Under the pieces are notes generated by a model that was not told the origin of the DNA, did no database searches, and saw nothing but the letters and a program-made list of their open reading frames with translations. A stretch of DNA of 64,000 bases, taken from the NCBI GenBank assembly GCA_038106355.1, contig JAYODQ010000002.1, forward strand, positions 20,244 to 84,243. Reading direction: 5' to 3'. The translations under genes were made by a program, and so were the position numbers. The DNA comes from Candidatus Poseidoniales archaeon (GTDB taxonomy: Archaea > Thermoplasmatota > Poseidoniia > Poseidoniales > Poseidoniaceae). Each line of letters opens with the position of its first letter. Position 1 is the first letter of the stretch. Positions 22,775 through 32,378 of the stretch are shown piece after piece.

Positions 22775-24031
22775 ATGTCAAACAACGACCTTATTTTCGA
22801 TTGGAATACCATTGAGTACGACCTTCAACGCAATCCATCGAACCACCCCCATGATGTTTGGTTTGATGATGAAACATTGAGAGATGGGCTTCAAAGCCCA
22901 AGTGCAAGAAACCCTTCAATCGACCAAAAAATCGAATTGTTGACGTATATGGAAAAACTTGGCATTCAGAAAGTCGATTTAGGATTGCCAGGTGCAGGAC
23001 CATTTCATAGAGAACACATCAATGCAATGTTGAGTCATATCAAAGAGGAATCATTCAATATTAGGCCGGGTGCCGCTGTTCGCACCTTAATGAGTGATAT
23101 TGAACCACTTGTAGAAATGCAATCACAACATGAAATGCAAATACAGGCATCAGCCTTCCTTGGTACGAGTCCCATTCGACAATACACAGAAGGTTGGACG
23201 ATGGAAAAGTTAGTGACGACCATGGAAAAAGCTGTCTCCTACGCAGTTGAGAACGATGTACCTGTGATGTTTGTCACGGAAGACACCACTCGCTCAAAAC
23301 CTGAGGATGTCAAAATGATTTATCAGAGGGCGATGGAATTGGGAGTTCGTCGGATTTGTGTGTGCGATACATGCGGTCACGTTACACCAAACGGAGTCAA
23401 AAAATTACTCAATTTCATTGATGAAGAAGTCATCAAAGACGCTGGCTTTCAACGTCGTGATATCGAGGTGAATTGGCACGGTCACCAAGATCGAGGTCTT
23501 GGTGTAGCAAACAATATTGCTGCAGTCGAGGCAGGTGCTGATGTCATTCACGGTACTGCTTTGGGCGTTGGTGAAAGAGCAGGAAATGCACCACTTGACC
23601 AAACCCTTGTCAATCTCAAACTCATGGGTGTGATCGATAATGATTTGTCCTTGCTCGATGAATATGTTCGAAAAGCGAACCAGTACATCGAGGTTCCACT
23701 TCCAAGAAATTATCCAGTCTTTGGTGACGACGCCTTCGAAACAGGAACTGGAGTTCACGCATCTGCAGTCATTAAAGCAATGAAAAAAGGCGACAACTGG
23801 CTCGCTGACAGAGTTTATTCTGGCGTTCCTGCTGGGGATTTTGGGTTAAAACAAATCATTCGCATAGGTCATATGTCAGGCCGTTCAAACATTATTTGGT
23901 GGCTTGAGCAAAACGGAATTGATGCTGATGAGAATCTCGTCGAATACTTGTTTGAAGTTGCAAAGCAACAGAAAAGGAACATGCTTGACAGCGAAATCTT
24001 TGATGCTATAACCGCTTTTCACACTGAATAA
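22775..24031 (+). CDS. 2-isopropylmalate/homocitrate/citramalate synthase-family aldolase (HMGL-like), short form
   Basis: DETLRDGLQSP and HGHQDRGLGVANNIAAVEAGADVIHGTALGVGERAGNAPLDQ. No LeuA-type regulatory domain is apparent. ATG 22775 lies 4 nt after GGAGGTGA; the ORF opens at TTG 22757. Confidence 0.75.
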   Translation: MSNNDLIFDWNTIEYDLQRNPSNHPHDVWFDDETLRDGLQSPSARNPSIDQKIELLTYMEKLGIQKVDLGLPGAGPFHREHINAMLSHIKEESFNIRPGAAVRTLMSDIEPLVEMQSQHEMQIQASAFLGTSPIRQYTEGWTMEKLVTTMEKAVSYAVENDVPVMFVTEDTTRSKPEDVKMIYQRAMELGVRRICVCDTCGHVTPNGVKKLLNFIDEEVIKDAGFQRRDIEVNWHGHQDRGLGVANNIAAVEAGADVIHGTALGVGERAGNAPLDQTLVNLKLMGVIDNDLSLLDEYVRKANQYIEVPLPRNYPVFGDDAFETGTGVHASAVIKAMKKGDNWLADRVYSGVPAGDFGLKQIIRIGHMSGRSNIIWWLEQNGIDADENLVEYLFEVAKQQKRNMLDSEIFDAITAFHTE

Positions 24032-25342
24032 TCATTTCTTATCTGGATCTGATTCTTCACTCTCGACTTCTTCTGCATATTTACCTGTCCACTCAGAATC
24101 AACGCTACCACCACTCCATTCACCCCAAAGCTCAATTTCATTGACGTCAATTTCATCCCTCCAAACAGGATTTTCTGTGCTACCACTGACAATGAAGGAA
24201 CCATTTTTGTCAATTTGTTCTTCAAGAAGGCTGAAGTGCTTTGAAATTGGTAAAAAATGCCCTACGGGCATCCCTGGTGCTGTGAACGGGTTGGTTGCTG
24301 CCCCAATGATGAGACCATCTTCGGGTGCGACAATATCTACAGTGATGCCAGGTGTTGCTGGGTCAGAAATAGTTGCCACGACAGAACCTTCTTTGATGAT
24401 ACTACCTGAACTCACGAACATATCGAGTAAGCCACCCTCTGCAGCTCTCAACCAAGAAGAACCACTGGCCATAATTCGGAATCTCGGACGTTGTGGTTGA
24501 CCTGGTATCATTCGCAGTGAACGCAGTACATTGAGCACTCCGTGGACGGCAACTTTGACCGATTGGTTTCCAAGAAAGTCTGCCCCTCCACCTTCATAGG
24601 TAATGCAAGGAATATCCACCTCGTTCGCAGAATATCGTAGTGATCCTTTCGGGGGGGATGAATCAAGAATAATCTCTATGCCGAACGATTTTGCGAGTAA
24701 GTGTGAACTTGCATGCGAGAGATTAGCTCGGATTTGGGGCATATTTGTTCGACCTTTTGCTGCACTATGCAAATCAATAATTGCATCAGAATCTTGTATA
24801 AGATGTTCAAACAATTGGTGTGCAACACGCTTTGTTGTCGACCCTTTTGGATTTCCAGGAAATTGTCGATTTAAATCTCGTCCATCCGGAAAATACCTCG
24901 ATTTTGACCTATATCCTGGTAAGTTTACGACTGGTACGATTCGAATAGTACCCGCAAGCAATTTTGGATCGAGGGCCCCACCTTCATCGGTAAAGACATT
25001 TGATAGGAGATTGGTGCACGCAGATGGTCCGGTCAATTCATCACCGTGAATTCCACCGAGGATGGTGATGCAGGGACCAGGACGGTTCCCTTGAATAACG
25101 GTGACCGGAATGGGCCATTCATCGCCAAGTGAGACATTGAGAAGTGGAAATTCGACAGTTCGAATTGCTCCTGGTTTGATTTTTTTGCGATAAAATCGAA
25201 CTTCACCCCATTCTGCATCTCTATCCCATTCTGGTCTGTCTTCGGTTTTATGCTGTTCAAGTGCTTTCGTAATCTCTATTCTTCGCTTTTTTGGAAGTTC
25301 ATGGGCAAGTCGAATTGGCTTCCTTGTGCCATCCTCAGCCAT
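24032..25342 (-). CDS. Succinylglutamate desuccinylase/aspartoacylase (AstE/AspA) family zinc hydrolase
   Basis: ILGGIHGDELTG, DLNRQFPG and IIDLHSA, plus an acidic C-terminal tail. The ORF opens at 25444, which would overlap the divergent gene, so ATG 25342 (MAEDGTRKP) is preferred. Confidence 0.78.
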   Translation of the reverse strand: MAEDGTRKPIRLAHELPKKRRIEITKALEQHKTEDRPEWDRDAEWGEVRFYRKKIKPGAIRTVEFPLLNVSLGDEWPIPVTVIQGNRPGPCITILGGIHGDELTGPSACTNLLSNVFTDEGGALDPKLLAGTIRIVPVVNLPGYRSKSRYFPDGRDLNRQFPGNPKGSTTKRVAHQLFEHLIQDSDAIIDLHSAAKGRTNMPQIRANLSHASSHLLAKSFGIEIILDSSPPKGSLRYSANEVDIPCITYEGGGADFLGNQSVKVAVHGVLNVLRSLRMIPGQPQRPRFRIMASGSSWLRAAEGGLLDMFVSSGSIIKEGSVVATISDPATPGITVDIVAPEDGLIIGAATNPFTAPGMPVGHFLPISKHFSLLEEQIDKNGSFIVSGSTENPVWRDEIDVNEIELWGEWSGGSVDSEWTGKYAEEVESEESDPDKK

Positions 25343-25423
25343 AAACCCCCGAAACCGATGAAGGACATCAATACTACGATGAATTGACCATACAATCAAA
25401 GACTTTCGCATGTACTTAACGAC

Positions 25424-25891
25424 ATGCAAGACATAGGTGTTCAAAGGAAATATGCCCCGAATTCAATTTGTTTTGGATGCGGACCAGCCAATGATCATGG
25501 ATTGAAAATTGACTCTCATCGTATCGAAAATGGACTCGTACTCCATTTCCAATGTCAGGAGCATCACCAAGCATTCCCTGGCATGATCAACGGTGGTATC
25601 ATTGGTACCTTGCTCGACTGTCATGGTAACTGGACGGCTGCAATTGCTCTCATGGACGCCTGGGGTGAGGAGGCGCCACCATGCACTGTCACTGCTTCAT
25701 ATGAAGTAAAATTGAGAAGGCCAACACCAACAAACGCTGAACTTGTCATCACCAGCCAAGTGACAGCCATAGATGAAAAAAAGGTCCATGTTGACATGCT
25801 ATTGGAGGCACAAGGCAAGGTTTGTGCTACCGGGACCGGTTTGTTTGTTGCGGTTGAAGAAGGACATCCAGCGTATCATCGGTGGTCATGA
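25424..25891 (+). CDS. PaaI-like hotdog-fold thioesterase
   Basis: CFGCGPANDHGLKIDSH...FPGMINGGIIGTLLDCHGNWTAA matches the PaaI/4HBT thioesterase pattern. 155 aa. Confidence 0.7.
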   Translation: MQDIGVQRKYAPNSICFGCGPANDHGLKIDSHRIENGLVLHFQCQEHHQAFPGMINGGIIGTLLDCHGNWTAAIALMDAWGEEAPPCTVTASYEVKLRRPTPTNAELVITSQVTAIDEKKVHVDMLLEAQGKVCATGTGLFVAVEEGHPAYHRWS

Positions 25892-26421
25892 GGGATTCCA
25901 TGGTTCAACCCAACGAACAGCAAAAAATTCATCTCGAGCAACTTCGTGATCTTGTTCTTGGGAAAATGGCTGAAATACATGATTTTCAAGCCCATCGATT
26001 TGCTTCTTTAAAAAAAATACCTTTAGGAGTTCTGAGGAGAAACGCAACCCAAAAACATGGCGTGACTCGATGGCGGCAATATGCACACCATCTATCCATC
26101 GAAGGTATCGACCTTCATCCAGAACTTCTCACCGACCAGTGGCAAGAATATGCAAAATTTGTATTGTATCATGAGTTCTTGCATGGAATAGGTTTCAAAC
26201 ATCATGATTCGATTTTTCGCCACTTGGAGTCTCGTTGGCCATTGGAACATCGTAAAAAAATTGGCCTTCAGTTTACGATGTATTTGCAAAGAAAAAATGC
26301 TTCTTGGCAGTGGATATGTTCACAGTGCGACATCCTCATTTTTCGCAACAAACCTTCCGGCGGAAAATACATTTGCAAAGCATGTAAAACTATTTTGATC
26401 GATGAACAGTTGTATCCATGA
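25888..26421 (+). CDS. YgjP/DUF45 (WLM/SprT-like) metallohydrolase with C-terminal zinc ribbon
   Basis: HGVTRW...IDLHPELL...FVLYHEFLHGIGFKHHDSIFRHLESRWP gives HExxH followed by H..F....P as in DUF45. C-terminal CSQC...CKAC. ATGA overlap with the upstream stop. Confidence 0.6.
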   Translation: MRDSMVQPNEQQKIHLEQLRDLVLGKMAEIHDFQAHRFASLKKIPLGVLRRNATQKHGVTRWRQYAHHLSIEGIDLHPELLTDQWQEYAKFVLYHEFLHGIGFKHHDSIFRHLESRWPLEHRKKIGLQFTMYLQRKNASWQWICSQCDILIFRNKPSGGKYICKACKTILIDEQLYP

Positions 26422-26467
26422 CATACATTGTTTGATATGGTCAACCCTTTTCGCTGAATTGGTAGAC

Positions 26468-28492
26468 ATGCGAGTTAGGGTCATCGCATCCCTTCTTACG
26501 CTAAGTCTTCTCTTTGTTCCGACGATTGTTCAAGCAAATTTGAACCAACAGCCTGGAGGAGGACGATTTTATTTCTCGTGTATTGATGATGAAACGTGTC
26601 AACTCACGCCAACGCCCATTGGCGAGGAAGTGGTTTCAGGACAAACAACATCCACATTCATTCAGAATGAGGTGCTCATTTTTGAGTTCGACTTATCTCC
26701 AAAACAAAGTCATATTGCATTGTTACCATTGATTCTTGATGAATTGTCGGTTGACTTTATTCAACAAACTGAGTCTTTTGGCATTTTTCGACCCGAAGCT
26801 GAAATTCGGCTCATCACTGGACAAAATGTCAATTCGTGGATATTTGAATCCACTTCATTTTCGAGCCCATCCGCCTACGAGCCATATCGACTTGAAGATG
26901 AGGCCATGGTCTACGATGATTCTCGAGTTGTTTGGCCAGATGATCAAGTCAAAATCTTCATTTCAATTGTTCTTGACCAACCAGGAACTTGGGAACTTCG
27001 ACTTCGTGGAAATTCCTTTATAAATCTCGATATCGATTGGTCTATAGACCCATTGAGTGCTGATGTCGATGAACCTTCATCTCAACTTCAACCCGTTGAA
27101 ACAGAGTTTGAGATGCTTCACTTTGGAGCACTCCTAGGAGATGACAAAGATTGTTGGAGATTTGAAGTTCAAACGAATGAAATTATGAGGTTGTACATCG
27201 ACTGGTTAGAGGCCCCACTCGAAATCGAACAACCTCACACCGTTCCTTTGGTTTTCGACTCAATGGGGAAAGAATTGCCTTACCCTGAAATTGTTAGCGA
27301 ATTTGATGAAGGAAAATTGCGAATCATCTATCGATGGCGAGCTGTTCCAATCGATGTTTACACTGCATGTTTTTCTGGCGATCACGGTCGGTTCCAAGAA
27401 TATCAATGGGGCGGTTCATTTGGCTTCGAAAGTCTTGGTCCAGTGAATCCCGATGGGTTCCAATCGTTTTCATATTATCCTGCTGGTTCGAGTTTTCTTG
27501 GGGATACTGAATCCGCAGTTTCATTGAACGAACAAGGAATAAGTGGCTTGTTTTTCTTCGGGATTCTGTTTCTTTTCACACTGCTCCTGTTTACCCAACC
27601 AACGACAAATCTTACGCTACGTTACATGATTTTTTTACCTGGAGTGTTGTTTTTACTCGTTGGAGGGGTGATTTTGCCCTCTGTATCTGTCGCTCAACAA
27701 AGTGAAAATGAGAACTTCATCACATTCAATGACCTTATCGACATGAGGCTCAGCCAATTGTGGGATGTTGCAGCACCCGGCATTCCAGAACAAAATCTGT
27801 ACAGGCATAGTGGTGCAACATTTGGACTTCTTGATAGCGATTCATTTACGCTTCGACTCAATATTCAGCGAGCATTTGAACTTGATGATGGGCGTTGGCA
27901 ATTACAAATTGAAGAGGTGCAATCGTTCAGAATTGATGAAGCAATTTTTACTCAAATTTCACGAGGAGGTGCACAATTGAGCGACAATGGAATGTTGGAG
28001 GATCAAACAGTTCGTTTCATTTTGTTATCCGGAAGATCATTACTCCTCGATTTACTCATGCTTGAATCGATGTTGATTGTCGAAGAAAAACCAACATCCT
28101 CTGTGTTTGATATTCAACTTGACATGGTTTCAGCAACACCTGCAGGTTCGATGAATGCTCCTGCATGGGCGACTCGACCGTCAAGTGTTTCTGATTCTGA
28201 ATGGTCAAAATTGCAATCTTCCCTGTTTCCCGATAGATTAACTATTTCCCTGTGTGATTGCGAACTCGATTTAATCGATGTTCGATTCGAGCCCTCAAAT
28301 CGATTCGATGCAACAGACGTTCCTTCGGCAAATTATGTGATCAATTACGCCAATGTTTCTTTTGAAATTTGGTTGATCGCATGGCTTGGAGTCATCTTGT
28401 GTATGAGTGCTGGTTCCATCGAGGTCAAGAGAATCATTGTTGCAAGGAGCTTGGCAATTCAAGCCGCTGCTCAAACAAACGTTTGGAAATAG
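26468..28492 (+). CDS. Hypothetical large membrane/surface protein
   Basis: Signal peptide at ATG 26468 (MRVRVIASLLTLSLLFVPTIVQA), two central TM helices and one C-terminal TM helix. No family recognised. The ORF opens at 26402. Confidence 0.6.
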   Translation: MRVRVIASLLTLSLLFVPTIVQANLNQQPGGGRFYFSCIDDETCQLTPTPIGEEVVSGQTTSTFIQNEVLIFEFDLSPKQSHIALLPLILDELSVDFIQQTESFGIFRPEAEIRLITGQNVNSWIFESTSFSSPSAYEPYRLEDEAMVYDDSRVVWPDDQVKIFISIVLDQPGTWELRLRGNSFINLDIDWSIDPLSADVDEPSSQLQPVETEFEMLHFGALLGDDKDCWRFEVQTNEIMRLYIDWLEAPLEIEQPHTVPLVFDSMGKELPYPEIVSEFDEGKLRIIYRWRAVPIDVYTACFSGDHGRFQEYQWGGSFGFESLGPVNPDGFQSFSYYPAGSSFLGDTESAVSLNEQGISGLFFFGILFLFTLLLFTQPTTNLTLRYMIFLPGVLFLLVGGVILPSVSVAQQSENENFITFNDLIDMRLSQLWDVAAPGIPEQNLYRHSGATFGLLDSDSFTLRLNIQRAFELDDGRWQLQIEEVQSFRIDEAIFTQISRGGAQLSDNGMLEDQTVRFILLSGRSLLLDLLMLESMLIVEEKPTSSVFDIQLDMVSATPAGSMNAPAWATRPSSVSDSEWSKLQSSLFPDRLTISLCDCELDLIDVRFEPSNRFDATDVPSANYVINYANVSFEIWLIAWLGVILCMSAGSIEVKRIIVARSLAIQAAAQTNVWK

Positions 28493-28497
28493 CCACT

Positions 28498-29109
28498 TCA
28501 ATCCTTGTTCTTTGCTTTATTTTCTGCATCCTCAAGGACTTGACTTACATCCATTAGAGCATCTTCTGCTGCTTTTTGAATCATTGAACGCTCAGCTTCG
28601 GTGATTTCTCCATCCTTTGCAGCTGATTTTACTGCTGCCTGCACATTCATTTTTGCTGCGGCTTCATCAGTGATCCCTAAGGCTTTCTGGAAAGATTTCA
28701 ATTCCTCATACTCTGAATCAGTAATCACGCCGTCTTCCCATGCCGAATCATATGCATTCATGAGAAATTCAGTATAAGCCTCTGGGTTGAGAAGGACATC
28801 TCGAATTAAGCCATGATTCACTTCGTCAGTTTGGTTGGCGATATCCATGAGGGCGATAGAGCGACGCACTTCTTTCACTGCCATATCTTTCAATCCATGA
28901 CCTGCCCAAATTGCACCTGCTGCTACAACAGCTGATGCAAACCAACGCATGATGTTCTCATCAACAATCTCACCGGGACTGACGAGATGGAAAATGCCGA
29001 GTACTGCCATCGCAGCACCACACATTATTTCGACCCAGTCATTCATGTCAGGTTCGTCATCGAAAACCGCAAGGCGTTGGTCGACCAGTTCTTCCACATC
29101 ATCGCTCAT
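28498..29109 (-). CDS. Membrane protein with TerB-like repeats (tentative)
   Basis: Acidic N-terminus and two TM helices. Two DG.IT..E-type motifs follow (WEDGVITDSEYEELKSFQKALGI; AKDGEITEAERSMIQKAAE), reminiscent of TerB/DjlA N-domain modules. Confidence 0.35.
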   Translation of the reverse strand: MSDDVEELVDQRLAVFDDEPDMNDWVEIMCGAAMAVLGIFHLVSPGEIVDENIMRWFASAVVAAGAIWAGHGLKDMAVKEVRRSIALMDIANQTDEVNHGLIRDVLLNPEAYTEFLMNAYDSAWEDGVITDSEYEELKSFQKALGITDEAAAKMNVQAAVKSAAKDGEITEAERSMIQKAAEDALMDVSQVLEDAENKAKNKD

Positions 29110-29198
29110 GGAATCAACTCACTACTAAGAAGGTCTTAGGTATGTCGGCTAAATTATTAGCCGTTTTCCTTTTGGACTATTGACATCTGTCTCACATC

Positions 29199-31757
29199 AT
29201 GACTGTGGAGGAGACAGATATTCAGAATCTTCCATTGGATGAAAAATTTAAAAAATTTCTTCTCGAATCATGGGGAATTTCATCCCTATATCCACCACAA
29301 ATACAAGCGCTGAAACCAATACTCGAAAGAAAGAATACGCTCGTATCGATTCCAACTGCATCTGGAAAATCTTTGCTCGCTTACGCAGCAATTGTACATT
29401 CTCTCCTGCATCTCAAGTCTTCAAAAGCGATTTACATCGTTCCACTCAAAGCATTGGCGAGTGAAAAATACGAAGAATTGTTGGAAATCGGACAAGCCTT
29501 TGGACTTCGCATCGGTTTAGCAATTGGTGACGCCACTTCAGAAACAAAAAATATCGAACAAGCTGATGTTTTGGTATGTACATCAGAAAAATTAGATTCT
29601 TTGATTCGGCATAGAAGTGAACTTTTTGAACAACTCCGATGCATCGTCGCCGATGAATTTCACCTCATGAATGATGCATCAAGAGGCCCCACATTAGAGA
29701 TGAACTTGACACGATTACGATTGCACCATCCCCTAGCCCAAATCATCGCTCTCTCTGCTACGGTTGGAAATGTACAGGAGTTAGCCGAATGGCTGCATGC
29801 CGAATTAATCCTATCGGATTGGAGACCGGTAGATTTGGAATATTCAACATTTCATAATTTCCATGTCGAGCCTCGAAAACTACAAGGTCAGAGCACGACA
29901 AACAACAAATTATCACCGCCAAGGACACTACAAGGATTGGCATCACATCCTGTTTGGAGCGTGGTTGATGACGCAATGGACGAATCATCACAGGTGTTGT
30001 TGTTTGTTGGTACCAGAAAAAGTGCACAGGCTGAAGCGAGAAATTTATCGAAACGGGTGTTAAAGCGACTCAAGAAAGAAGATTCTAGCAAGATTCCACG
30101 TCTCAATGAACTTGCCAACCAAATTTCGCAATCATCCAACCAATCAAGCATCTCCGATCAACTTGCTGAATCTGTTCAGGGTGGTGTAGCCTTTCACCAT
30201 GCAGGTCTTACTCATCAACAACGAAAATTAGTTGAAAATGCGTTCAAAGAAGGAGTCTTGATTGCACTTACGGCAACACCAACACTCGCTGCGGGCGTGA
30301 ATTTACCCGCTCGCCGTGTTCTTATTCGAGATTTGAAACGATGGGATGATGGCTTTAACAGACCTTTGCCAATCATGGAAGTACGTCAGATGATGGGAAG
30401 AGCGGGACGGCCAAAATACGACACGAAGGGCGAGGCTTGGATTTATTGCAAAAATTCGGATGGTTGGGAAGAAGCAGACGCCGTTTCTCAAAGGTATTTC
30501 TTTGGTCAGGTTGAAAACATTTCATCAAAACTCGCATCAGAACCAGCCATGAGAATGCATTTACTTGCTCTTGTTTCAACAGGTGGTTATAACCACAAAG
30601 GAAAGATTCTTCATTTTTTCAAACATACATTTCTAGGAAAGTGTCTACCTTCTTCGCAACTTGAAGAACGCGTCACTCAAATGTTAGATTGGCTCGTCGA
30701 AGAGCGCTTCCTTCGAAATTTAGGACCTGATTCAAACTATGATTCTGAAGAACATACAACCAATGACATCGACGAACCATGGGATGATTCTATTCCTTCG
30801 TGGGTTACTGCAGCACGTGAGACTGAAGGTGTTGAACTCCAAAAAGTCAGTCCTCAACCACAAACATCAGCACACTCAATCCCAACATTTGGATTCCAAT
30901 CTGCAAAAAAATTGCATCAGCATTCTTCCAGTTTACAAACAGAATTTGACAACAACAGCATTCAATATGAAGGTACAGAATTAGGAATTCGAATTTCTCA
31001 ACTTTATATTGACCCACTATCTGCTACGATTCTTCGAACTGGACTACGTCGATTTGTACGCCGTGCGGTACGTCAGGATGGTCCAGTCTCAACCTTGGGA
31101 ATCCTCCATCTTGTCTGCTCAACACCAGATTTTCCTGCCCTTTGGGCCAAATCAAAAGATTTAGAGCCAAATTCGCAAATGTTCCTCAAAATGAATAGTT
31201 CAGAAGATGAATTTGTCTTAGAACAAACATATCTAGAGGACATGATTGCAAAAACAAAGAGTGCATGGATGCTTGAACAATGGTGTGAAGAAGACTCATT
31301 TCGTGTGTTAGAAACTACTTTTGATGTCGCTCCAGGAGATGTACATCAAAGAACAACCGTTGCCGAATGGTTGTTGTATTGTGCAAAAGAAATATTGTTG
31401 CTGGATGATGTTTTTTCTCATGAGCATTCCTCATACATCGCCGAGATTGCTCAAAAATTTGGTTTAACCAAACAAAGAATGCGGCATGGATGCAGAGAAG
31501 ATTTGCTTCAGTTGGTGAACATTCGAAATATTGGTCGAAATCGTGCAAGAGAACTTGCATCAATGGGCCTACGAACCCCAAAAGATGTGTATTCGATGTC
31601 ACCAAAACAACGAATGGATCTTGAAAGCAAACGAGGATGGGGCCCTAATCTCATCGAATCAATCATGACTGAAATCAAAAAAGTACTTCGAAATCAATCC
31701 AAACAAAGGGGAACGAGACTCGACGATACACCACTTGAAGGAGAACGAAGCGACTGA
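29199..31757 (+). CDS. hel308: Ski2-like DNA helicase Hel308/Hjm
   Basis: Walker A SIPTASGKSLLA, VADEFHLM, SATVGN, HHAGL, TPTLAAGVNLPARRV, MMGRAGRP, and a C-terminal HhH-like NIGRNRARELASMG. 852 aa, which looks longer than usual. Confidence 0.9.
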   Translation: MTVEETDIQNLPLDEKFKKFLLESWGISSLYPPQIQALKPILERKNTLVSIPTASGKSLLAYAAIVHSLLHLKSSKAIYIVPLKALASEKYEELLEIGQAFGLRIGLAIGDATSETKNIEQADVLVCTSEKLDSLIRHRSELFEQLRCIVADEFHLMNDASRGPTLEMNLTRLRLHHPLAQIIALSATVGNVQELAEWLHAELILSDWRPVDLEYSTFHNFHVEPRKLQGQSTTNNKLSPPRTLQGLASHPVWSVVDDAMDESSQVLLFVGTRKSAQAEARNLSKRVLKRLKKEDSSKIPRLNELANQISQSSNQSSISDQLAESVQGGVAFHHAGLTHQQRKLVENAFKEGVLIALTATPTLAAGVNLPARRVLIRDLKRWDDGFNRPLPIMEVRQMMGRAGRPKYDTKGEAWIYCKNSDGWEEADAVSQRYFFGQVENISSKLASEPAMRMHLLALVSTGGYNHKGKILHFFKHTFLGKCLPSSQLEERVTQMLDWLVEERFLRNLGPDSNYDSEEHTTNDIDEPWDDSIPSWVTAARETEGVELQKVSPQPQTSAHSIPTFGFQSAKKLHQHSSSLQTEFDNNSIQYEGTELGIRISQLYIDPLSATILRTGLRRFVRRAVRQDGPVSTLGILHLVCSTPDFPALWAKSKDLEPNSQMFLKMNSSEDEFVLEQTYLEDMIAKTKSAWMLEQWCEEDSFRVLETTFDVAPGDVHQRTTVAEWLLYCAKEILLLDDVFSHEHSSYIAEIAQKFGLTKQRMRHGCREDLLQLVNIRNIGRNRARELASMGLRTPKDVYSMSPKQRMDLESKRGWGPNLIESIMTEIKKVLRNQSKQRGTRLDDTPLEGERSD

Positions 31758-31774
31758 TTCAAAAAGATGGAGAA

Positions 31775-31783
31775 GGAGGAGGA
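31775..31783 (+). promoter_or_regulatory. Shine-Dalgarno site (GGAGGAGGA) for the Cgi121-like gene
   Basis: GGAGGAGGA ends 3 nt before ATG 31787. Confidence 0.6.
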
Positions 31784-31786
31784 CTC

Positions 31787-32332
31787 ATGGAACCGTTCCC
31801 GAAGTTTGCATGGCGGAAAAGCAACGTCGAAAACAAAGCCGACCTCATTCAAACCTTCATCGATGAAAGGCCAAGCAACCGCTGGGTGATGTGTCATAGT
31901 GAAGTGATTTTTTCAGACTTCCAACTTTGGACTGCATGGGAGGCAGCCATCCGCAGATTTGAACGGAAAACAGCATTAGCTAGGACCATTGATGCTGAAT
32001 TCTTGAGATATTTGGCCGGTACACACCATGTCTCAGAGGCATTTTCAAGGGCTGGAATCGACGCGAATTCCCATACTGGTTGGTTGATTTATTTGCCTGA
32101 GGCCCGATTCGATACCATTGAAGGTGTCATCCAAATTACGCATGTTGAAAACACCGATGTCAATGAAACTGCAGATTCGATTCTCACACTATTGGGTTGT
32201 GAATTTGATGATTCCAAACGAATTTCGAGTGTTCATGGCTTGATTCAACTTGGGATTCAAGATGTAACAGAGCCAATCGATCTTGAGCGTTTATCGATAT
32301 CACACATTCACTACGCTGATTTACAAACCTAA
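31787..32332 (+). CDS. cgi121: KEOPS subunit Cgi121-like protein (tentative)
   Basis: IRRFERKTALARTIDAEFLRYLAGTHHVSEAFSRAGI resembles the Cgi121 core (E.L.Y.sG..qi..A....G). Strong GGAGGAGGA lies just upstream of the ATG. Assignment by eye. Confidence 0.45.
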   Translation: MEPFPKFAWRKSNVENKADLIQTFIDERPSNRWVMCHSEVIFSDFQLWTAWEAAIRRFERKTALARTIDAEFLRYLAGTHHVSEAFSRAGIDANSHTGWLIYLPEARFDTIEGVIQITHVENTDVNETADSILTLLGCEFDDSKRISSVHGLIQLGIQDVTEPIDLERLSISHIHYADLQT

Positions 32333-32378
32333 CCTCGGTTTTAGGAGGATTAAAGGACTCCATCAATATCGGAGAATC

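Noticed and set aside
31889-32332. An internal ATG (MCHSEV...) as an alternative start, giving a 147-aa Cgi121-size protein.
   Set aside because: The upstream ATG 31787 is preceded by a very strong GGAGGAGGA site, and the internal ATG has none. I kept the longer model but cannot exclude the shorter one.
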